Source of the DNA: a virus
Lineage: Duplodnaviria > Caudoviricetes
Virus record (IMG/VR): IMGVR_UViG_3300037515_000373
Span: 1 to 31,390 of that record
Reading direction: 5' to 3' (one strand)
DNA: 31,390 nucleotides
Both the position numbers and the translations under genes were made by a program. How positions within the stretch are numbered: position 1 is the first letter of the stretch; each line of letters begins with the position of its first letter. The notes under the pieces were generated by a model that saw nothing but the letters and a program-made list of their open reading frames with translations, had not been told where the DNA came from and did no database searches. Shown one piece after another: positions 25,370 to 31,390 of the stretch.

Positions 25370-25620
25370 TCTGCACGCCAGTCTCACCGCGCGTTTCACG
25401 CGGTTGGCCGGGCGTCGGGCGCGTAGTGGCACCCGCTGTAGCGCGGCTCTGGCCTGTCTCTTGGCTCAGTGCGTCCCGCGTGGCCGTATCAGGCACCGCG
25501 CGGGCTGTGGGTCGTATTCTCGGAGGGAGGGGGATCGGGTGGTCACTTCTGGGGAGTTTCGCTCTTCTGGCCTTTCGGCCCCCGCGTGTCCGATCCTGCT
25601 CTCGCCTCCTTTCCCTTCAC
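25370..25620 (-). ncRNA. candidate multi-stem structured RNA
   Basis: Nested helices GGAUCGG/CCGAUCC, GGCC-GAAA-GGCC, CCCGCG/CGCGGG, ACCGCG/CGCGGU; no convincing ORF. Confidence 0.4.
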
Positions 25621-25634
25621 CCATAGCGTACCCG

Positions 25635-25650
25635 TAGCGGCTAGCCGCTA
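25635..25650. promoter_or_regulatory. perfect 16-bp palindrome, candidate operator
   Basis: TAGCGGCTAGCCGCTA, next to a - strand TACGCT (-10-like, 25625-25630). Confidence 0.5.
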
Positions 25651-25663
25651 AACGTCTTTTGGC

Positions 25664-25679
25664 TGTGATTTCAGTCACA
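25664..25679. promoter_or_regulatory. CRP/GlxR consensus box
   Basis: TGTGA-TTTCAG-TCACA, exact TGTGA-N6-TCACA. Confidence 0.55.
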
Positions 25680-25830
25680 ATATCTTGCGTTCGTCCTGCG
25701 TCATTCTGCATGCGCGCGTGACCAGGCGAAATAACGAACACGGCAAGGGTGGGGTGGTTGGACCTGACACGGGGTTTCGTGGCTCAGCGTGCGCCACAGC
25801 CCCGGCAATGGGCCGCTACGCTCGTGGGCC

Positions 25831-26208
25831 ATGAGCGCAGAGGTTCACGCCAAGCAGGTGGCCCAGTCCTACCGCCGACTAGCTCAGGGGATTGCCAGCG
25901 GTGAGGTGCCCGACCCACAGGCCGCGCTGGCGGCGCTCGATGAGCATTGGCAGGGCCACGGGGCTAAGTGGGTGGTGCCGTGTCAGGTGCCTCTGGATCT
26001 GGATGCGTGGCTGGCAGCCGGGGAGGTGGCCGACGTGCTGGGCATCGCTGCGCGGCGGTTGCGGGACTGGGCGCGCTATGGGCATGTCCGGTGCTACGTC
26101 GCTGATGGGGTCCACCGGTACAGCGTGGGCGACGTGGTCAATTATCAGCGCAGGCGTGCAAAGCGTGTGGTCAGGCCCGTTACCGAAACTGCCGGTAACG
26201 TGATGTAG
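25831..26208 (+). CDS. MerR/excisionase-like HTH DNA-binding protein
   Basis: WLAAGEVADVLGIAARRLRDWARYGHV...RYSVGDV. Confidence 0.8.
   Translation: MSAEVHAKQVAQSYRRLAQGIASGEVPDPQAALAALDEHWQGHGAKWVVPCQVPLDLDAWLAAGEVADVLGIAARRLRDWARYGHVRCYVADGVHRYSVGDVVNYQRRRAKRVVRPVTETAGNVM
26176..26199. repeat. 24-bp palindromic repeat, copy 1
   Basis: CCCGTTACCGAAACTGCCGGTAAC. Confidence 0.8.
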
Positions 26209-26258
26209 GGCTGTCTTCCCTGTTGGCTACACTGGCTTTCACCAGCAAGGGAGAAACC

Positions 26259-26570
26259 ATGAATCCTGATGTGGCACAAAGCTTTATCGCATGGCAAAGC
26301 CTGGCAGTATGTAGAGACTATGATCCCGACATGTTCTTTCCCGAACTAGAGGGTAGAGGGCCGAGAGCTCAGCGCCGGTTGATTACCAAAGTTGTTGACG
26401 CACAACGGGTCTGCTCGGTATGTCCGGTGATGATGCAATGTAGGCGCGAGGCCCGGCGTACTCAAGCGGTGTGCGGGGTGTGGGGCGGGGAGTTCCTTGG
26501 GGTCGTGTCGGCCCATCGGCCTACCACACGCAACGGCGAGAAGATCATGGCCGCAGCCGGATTGGCCTAA
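26259..26570 (+). CDS. whiB: WhiB family transcription factor
   Basis: WQSLAVC...DPDMFFP...CSVCPVMMQC...GVWGGE; RBS AAGGGAG. Confidence 0.93.
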   Translation: MNPDVAQSFIAWQSLAVCRDYDPDMFFPELEGRGPRAQRRLITKVVDAQRVCSVCPVMMQCRREARRTQAVCGVWGGEFLGVVSAHRPTTRNGEKIMAAAGLA

Positions 26571-26669
26571 CGCTGCTGAAGCGAGCGCGGATACGCTACT
26601 ATGGCGGCAAGTTTGCTGTTCCCAAAAACAGGTAGTCGCAACATCATTGGTGTATCTGCCCAGGTCAAC

Positions 26670-26693
26670 CCCGTTACGGAAACTGCCGGTAAC
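26670..26693. repeat. 24-bp palindromic repeat, copy 2
   Basis: CCCGTTACGGAAACTGCCGGTAAC, 23/24 identical to copy 1. Confidence 0.8.
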
Positions 26694-26735
26694 CGGAGTA
26701 TGTGCGGGAAAACTAAAAGGAAAAGGGGCAAGGCT

Positions 26736-27002
26736 ATGGCTCGCTTGGACATTCGTGTGGATGGTCGCACCAGGGTTTCTCGCACTGTGGATGATGCCGT
26801 GGTAGCTGCCGTGCTCAAGGCCAGCGAGCCGGTCAAGGTCAAGGCCAAGGTCAGGAACTTTCAGGGTACGACGGTGAAGCAGGCTAAAGCCAAGGCAGAG
26901 GGTGACACCCGGCCTGGCAGTACTACTGGCGACGTGCCCGAGAAGAGCCTGGGCGGTACAACTGGCGACGTGCCCGAGAAGAGCACGACAGGCGATGCTT
27001 GA
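26736..27002 (+). CDS. small basic protein with TTGDVPEKS repeats
   Basis: RBS AAGGGG; duplicated ACTGGCGACGTGCCCGAGAAGAGC. Confidence 0.65.
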   Translation: MARLDIRVDGRTRVSRTVDDAVVAAVLKASEPVKVKAKVRNFQGTTVKQAKAKAEGDTRPGSTTGDVPEKSLGGTTGDVPEKSTTGDA

Positions 27003-27276
27003 TCATGCTGAGGCTGCCCGGCTGTGGCGTACCCAAGAGGGCAAACGCTTGTCGGCACAGGTGGTCAGCGAAGAACCGTTGTGCCGCATACGATTAGCCG
27101 GTTGCACTGACATCAGCACGCAGGCCGATCACATCATTGCCATCAGTGTGCAACCCGCACTATGGAATGTGCGCGACAACCTGCAAGGCGCATGCGCATG
27201 GTGCAACAATCATCGGCAAGCGCGCGATCTCGCCGAAATGCATGAGCCGCAAGCACTTTCGTTCTTCAACGTGTAA
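26995..27276 (+). CDS. HNH endonuclease (terminase-associated)
   Basis: EPLCRIRLAGC...ADHIIA...NLQGACAWCN; lies just before terS. Confidence 0.88.
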   Translation: MLDHAEAARLWRTQEGKRLSAQVVSEEPLCRIRLAGCTDISTQADHIIAISVQPALWNVRDNLQGACAWCNNHRQARDLAEMHEPQALSFFNV

Positions 27277-27513
27277 GCGCGAAAAGCGTTACAGCACAAC
27301 GGCATTCATGCACGCGATGATGTTTGCTGACTTTCGCATCGTCGCAGGTCAGCCACGGATTGGGCCGTTTTTTTGGTAGCTGCATATGCGCGAGAGGCCG
27401 TCGCGGGACTTATTCATACCGCACTTATAACCTTGAACTTATTTAGGAATGAAAACTGAAGCAGCACAACAAGTTTCAGAGCCAACGCCGAAAAGCGTTG
27501 CAAACCACAAGGA
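27277..27513. other. probable cos/packaging region
   Basis: Non-coding gap between HNH and terS, the usual cos position in HK97-like phages; exact overhang not identifiable. Confidence 0.5.
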
Positions 27514-27879
27514 GTGAAGATCATGGCAGCACGGAAGACGAACCTGGCAGCGGTGCCCGAAGAGGTGCCACCGAAAACCCGAGCCCGCGCGACTCGCGCG
27601 AAGGTGTCGGCAGGTAAGCCCCCGGCCAAGCGGGCGCAGTCACGGCGGCGTGGCAAAGCCATTGATATTGACGACGAGCGCGAGACGCTGATCATGCTGC
27701 GCACCACGCTCAAGAAAAAGATCGATGACGCGCCCACGCACGCAATCGCCGCGATTGTCAAGCAGTTTCGCGACGTGGACCGCGAGATCAGAGCCATTGA
27801 CGCCAAGGCCGCACAGCAGGCCGAAGAGGACGGCGACGACGACGGCGACGATGAGGGCTGGAGCGACGACGATCTATGA
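27514..27879 (+). CDS. terS: terminase small subunit
   Basis: Position; RETLIMLRTTLKKKID...IAAIVKQFRDVDREIRAID with acidic tail; RBS AAGGAG favours ATG 27523. Confidence 0.8.
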   Translation: MKIMAARKTNLAAVPEEVPPKTRARATRAKVSAGKPPAKRAQSRRRGKAIDIDDERETLIMLRTTLKKKIDDAPTHAIAAIVKQFRDVDREIRAIDAKAAQQAEEDGDDDGDDEGWSDDDL

Positions 27880-27931
27880 GTTGGTGGCATTACGCCGGTC
27901 TGGCGCTGGCGGTCTGGATTGAGTTGACCTC

Positions 27932-28075
27932 GTGACCGCAACCCTGATGGGGCAGCTTGGATATTGCCCCGGCTGTCATGCCTGGCAACTCTATGTCGGT
28001 GCATATGACGAGCACGGCAAAACTGTTCGCTGCGCGGGCTGTTTGCGCGTGCCCGGCGAGTGCCGCTGCCGATGA
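27932..28075 (+). CDS. small Zn-finger protein (47 aa)
   Basis: CPGC...CAGC...CRC; GTGA and ATGA overlaps. Confidence 0.6.
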   Translation: MTATLMGQLGYCPGCHAWQLYVGAYDEHGKTVRCAGCLRVPGECRCR

Positions 28076-29496
28076 CCGCAGCGCTAGCCCCTGACCGGCG
28101 CAAGCTGAGTCAGGTCACCCGCGAACTCGTCCGGCCCGAGGGCATTGTATCCACCGGGTTCGGGCCGGTCGAGAAGCGTTGTGTGCAAATGGGTGTGACG
28201 CTGGATGAGTGGCAGCGCGGCATTGGCAAGTTGGTGCTGGCCAAGACATCGGATGGCAACTACGCGGCCACAGTCGGCGGTGTGGGGCTATCGCTGCCGC
28301 GTCAGGTGGGTAAGACCTACACCATTGGCTCGATCACCTTCGCGCTCTGTACATTGGTGCCGGGGCTGACGGTGGTGTGGACGAGCCACCACATGAAGAC
28401 GACCGGTGAAACGTTCCTGTTCATGCAGGGTTTCGCCAAGCGCATGCGGGTGGCTCCGTTCATCGACAACATCTATCTCGGTTCCGGCGACGAAGAGATC
28501 AGATTTACCAACGGCTCGCGCATCCTGTTCGGCGCTCGCGAACGCGGGTTCGGTCGCGGTATCGCCGGGGTTGACATTCTGATTTGCGATGAGGGGCAGA
28601 TACTTTCGGAGAAAGCCCTGGACAACATGCTCGCGACGTTGAACACGTCGAATCAGTGCGGTGGTCTGGCGATCTTCATGGGCACCCCGCCCAAGCCTGA
28701 GGACACCTCCGATGCGTTTGCCCGCATGCGCCGCGAAGCCATCGATGGTGATGTCACCGATACCGCGTGGATCGAATGCGGCGCTGACCCCAATGCCGAT
28801 CCCGACGACCGGCGACAGTGGGCGAAAGCCAATGCCAGTTATCCGTATCGCACGCCTCTGACCAGCATGTTAAGGCTGAGGCGCAAGCTGACGACAGAGT
28901 CATGGCTACGTGAGGGTTTGGGGATCTGGCAGGATTACGACGCACTGCGCAAGTTGGATCTGGCGCGCTGGGCGAAGTTGCGCAATGTCCGTGCGCCAGA
29001 ACCGAATAGGGCCGCACTCGTGGTGGACGTGAGCCCCGATAATCGGTGGGCCAGCATCGGCATTGCTGGAAAGTCTTTTGGTGACAGGGTTTTGGTGATG
29101 TGCAAGTCAGGACGTGGCATCGGGTGGGTGACTGACGCGGTGATGAAACTTCGCACCAGCAAAGGGATTACGGAGATTGCCCTGGTCATGGGTGGTCAAG
29201 CGCGAGGGCTGCAAGCCGAATTCCACACTGCCGGTTTGGAATTCCACAAGATGACACAGGTGGATGTCAGTGCATCATGTGTCGCTTGGCAATTGGGAAT
29301 GAAATCTAAAACCATTGTTCATTTAGGACAGGGCGAATTGGATTTAGCTGTAGCAAATGCGCGACTGCGTCCATTCGGTGAGTCTGAGATCTGGGATCGC
29401 ACGCGGGAATCGCTGGACATCTCGCCCGTGGTAGCATGCGCGGCGGCTTATCATCGGTGGGGCTTGAGTCAAACCCCTACTCCGACAATCGTTTAG
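28072..29496 (+). CDS. terL: terminase large subunit
   Basis: LPRQVGKT Walker A, ILICDEGQ Walker B, MGTPP, WAKAN, LVVDVSPD, DISPVVA. Confidence 0.95.
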   Translation: MTAALAPDRRKLSQVTRELVRPEGIVSTGFGPVEKRCVQMGVTLDEWQRGIGKLVLAKTSDGNYAATVGGVGLSLPRQVGKTYTIGSITFALCTLVPGLTVVWTSHHMKTTGETFLFMQGFAKRMRVAPFIDNIYLGSGDEEIRFTNGSRILFGARERGFGRGIAGVDILICDEGQILSEKALDNMLATLNTSNQCGGLAIFMGTPPKPEDTSDAFARMRREAIDGDVTDTAWIECGADPNADPDDRRQWAKANASYPYRTPLTSMLRLRRKLTTESWLREGLGIWQDYDALRKLDLARWAKLRNVRAPEPNRAALVVDVSPDNRWASIGIAGKSFGDRVLVMCKSGRGIGWVTDAVMKLRTSKGITEIALVMGGQARGLQAEFHTAGLEFHKMTQVDVSASCVAWQLGMKSKTIVHLGQGELDLAVANARLRPFGESEIWDRTRESLDISPVVACAAAYHRWGLSQTPTPTIV

Positions 29497-29509
29497 GGAG
29501 AGTTAGTCA

Positions 29510-30781
29510 ATGGCGATATGGGCAAGGATCAGTGAGGGTTTCCGCACTCCACCAGCAGCAAACCCTGGTGATCCCAATGGGATTGAGTTTGACCGCACTG
29601 AAACCTTTTCGCGCGCAGCGCCTTTCCCGATGCCGTCAGCATGGAATGGTTACCCGGCTGAATGGAATACACAGTGGGGCAACAGCACTATCGGAATGCG
29701 CAAACTGATTGATACCGCGTGGATGTGCCTGGATTTGAACACACGTGTCCTTGCCAGCTTCCCGGTGTATTGCGTTCGGGGCGAAAAGATTATGACGCCC
29801 AAGCCGTGGATGATCGATCCCGACCCGATGATGTACACATGCTGGAATGAGTTTGCTAAGCAACTGTTTTGGGATTACCTCATGGGCGAGGCGTTCGTGC
29901 TTTCGCTGGGCGAGGGGCCGCGTGACGGCAAGCCTGTGCAGATGCGCGTCATTCCCCCGTGGTGCGTGAATGTCGAAATAGTAGGCGGCGCAAGGCGTTA
30001 CAAAATCGGCTCATACGACTGCACTGATGAGATGCTGCACATTCGCTACACGTCCACGACAGATGACCCCCGAGGGCACGGTCCTCTTGAGGCAGCCGGG
30101 GCGCGCATACTCACGGCGGGTCTGTTGCAGAAATATGCAGGCACACTCGCGGAAACCGGTGGGGTGCCGCACTATTGGATCGGTGTAAAGAACTGGCTGA
30201 ATCCCACTGAGGCAGAAGAACTGCTGGACGGGTGGGTGGCTTCGCGCAAGCGGCACCAGGGCGAGCCCGGCGTCATCGGCGGTGACGGGGTGTTGCATCA
30301 GACGCAGGCGATGAGCGCGAAAGATCTTGCGTTGCTTGAGCTAGCGCAGTTCTCCGAATCACGAATTGCTGTATTGCTCGGTGCCCCACCGTTTCTCGTG
30401 GGGTTGCCAGGTGGTGGCGATTCGATGACGTACCAGAATGTGCAAGCGGTCTTTGACTTCCATGACCGTTCCATGCTGAAGCCTACAGCGAGTTTCGTGA
30501 TGTCGGCACTGAGTAACTGGGCTCTCGTGCGTGGCCAATCGGCTGAGTTGAACCGCGATGATTACTCGCGGCCTGACTTTAAAGACCGTGCAACCGCGTG
30601 GGAGATTTATATCAGAAGTGGTGTTGTATCAAGCGATTTCGTGCGAAAGGCAGAACGTTTTGATGATGAAGGTGGGGATGTCTCGGCTGCTGGACAACTC
30701 ACTGGAATGACAGATCAGGCGACACAAGATGGGCAGCCGCCCAATGATGGAGGTTACGGGAATGTCCGACGCATTGGATAG
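29510..30781 (+). CDS. portal protein (HK97-like)
   Basis: MGEAFV, EMLHIR, GHGPLEAA, IAVLLGAPPFLVG, MTYQNV; follows terL. Confidence 0.93.
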   Translation: MAIWARISEGFRTPPAANPGDPNGIEFDRTETFSRAAPFPMPSAWNGYPAEWNTQWGNSTIGMRKLIDTAWMCLDLNTRVLASFPVYCVRGEKIMTPKPWMIDPDPMMYTCWNEFAKQLFWDYLMGEAFVLSLGEGPRDGKPVQMRVIPPWCVNVEIVGGARRYKIGSYDCTDEMLHIRYTSTTDDPRGHGPLEAAGARILTAGLLQKYAGTLAETGGVPHYWIGVKNWLNPTEAEELLDGWVASRKRHQGEPGVIGGDGVLHQTQAMSAKDLALLELAQFSESRIAVLLGAPPFLVGLPGGGDSMTYQNVQAVFDFHDRSMLKPTASFVMSALSNWALVRGQSAELNRDDYSRPDFKDRATAWEIYIRSGVVSSDFVRKAERFDDEGGDVSAAGQLTGMTDQATQDGQPPNDGGYGNVRRIG

Positions 30782-31390
30782 TGAGATCAATGAGGGGCTG
30801 AATCATGGTCCCTTGCAATGTCGTAACGCCACGGTGGATGACGTGAACTACAAGCAACGTATCATCTCTGTTATTGCTGCGCCGTACGACTCGCCTGCCC
30901 TGGTTAAGTATCGCGGTGCGGTGTGGCATGAGATCTTCGAGCGTGGCGCGTTCGCCGGGGCGCAGGAATCTCCGCACCGCGTGCGAGCCAATCGCGAGCA
31001 TGACCGCAATCGCACTGTGGGCAAAGTGGTTTCATTCCCTCAGCGCAGTGTCAACGGTTTGGTTACCGACGTGAAGATTGCCAAGACATTGCTTGGCGAT
31101 GAGACGCTGGCGCTGGCTGATGAGGACTGTGTCGGCGCGAGCGTCGGCTATGCCGTCGTCGGTGACGGCGAGCGGCTGGAGAAGCGCACCATGACACGCT
31201 ATGTCACCAACGCTTTCCTACATCATCTCGCGTTCGTGGAACAGCCCGCATTCAAGGATGCGGCGGTGCTATCGGTACGCGGGGAGGATGACCTTACGAC
31301 TGTGTCGGCGCCACAGCCAAAGGTGTTGCTGGATGCTACGTTTGATGACATCCTGCAATTGTCCAACTGGATGGCCTCGCGCCAGAGCGG
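30762..31390 (+). CDS. prohead (capsid maturation) protease, 3' truncated by window edge
   Basis: ATG 30762 after GGAGG; EIFERGAF, NREHDR, GASVGY, HLAFVEQPAFKDAAV. Confidence 0.9.
   Translation, partial: MSDALDSEINEGLNHGPLQCRNATVDDVNYKQRIISVIAAPYDSPALVKYRGAVWHEIFERGAFAGAQESPHRVRANREHDRNRTVGKVVSFPQRSVNGLVTDVKIAKTLLGDETLALADEDCVGASVGYAVVGDGERLEKRTMTRYVTNAFLHHLAFVEQPAFKDAAVLSVRGEDDLTTVSAPQPKVLLDATFDDILQLSNWMASRQS

Noticed and set aside
25554-25585. Hammerhead ribozyme suggested by GGCCGAAAGGCC
   Set aside because: The required CUGANGA before and GAAA directly after the stem are absent
25185-25741. ORFs 25185-25637(+), 25342-25626(+), 25308-25496(-) and 25466-25741(-)
   Set aside because: No clear RBS, low-complexity Arg/Gly/Pro translations, mutually overlapping; not fully excluded
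27277-27513. Exact cos overhang sequence
   Set aside because: Position is suggestive, but the cut site needs read-end data
27414-28103. 229-aa - strand ORF
   Set aside because: Antisense to terS; the poly-Ser run mirrors the acidic tail codons
1-31390. Integrase, att site, IS element or reverse transcriptase
   Set aside because: No recombinase, transposase or RT motifs recognised in any ORF; lifestyle cannot be determined from this window

Overview
A ~60% GC stretch of a tailed actinobacteriophage (WhiB, NrdH-like redoxin, actinophage-type terminase, HK97-type portal and protease; host probably Mycobacteriales). 1-21072 is a dense + strand early/middle gene run, mostly small proteins with ATGA-type overlaps. 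It includes a TylF-like methyltransferase, GT2 glycosyltransferase, papain-like peptidase, Cas4-like exonuclease, SSB-like protein, SLOG/DprA-like protein, primase-helicase followed by a likely iteron origin, and endonuclease VII. 21198-24858 is a single - strand operon: Ycf46-like AAA ATPase, two unknown partners, small ORFs and an Aca2/DUF1870-like HTH. Three of its genes are preceded by a 53-nt hairpin with compensatory base changes. Upstream lies ~950 bp without a convincing ORF, holding a tRNA-like T-arm module, a second multi-stem RNA candidate, a 16-bp palindrome and a consensus CRP box. 25831-31390 is + strand: HTH, WhiB, HNH, probable cos region, terminase, portal and a partial prohead protease. 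The - strand operon and its RNA elements are the most unusual part. All family calls come from motif recognition; no searches or folding programs were run.
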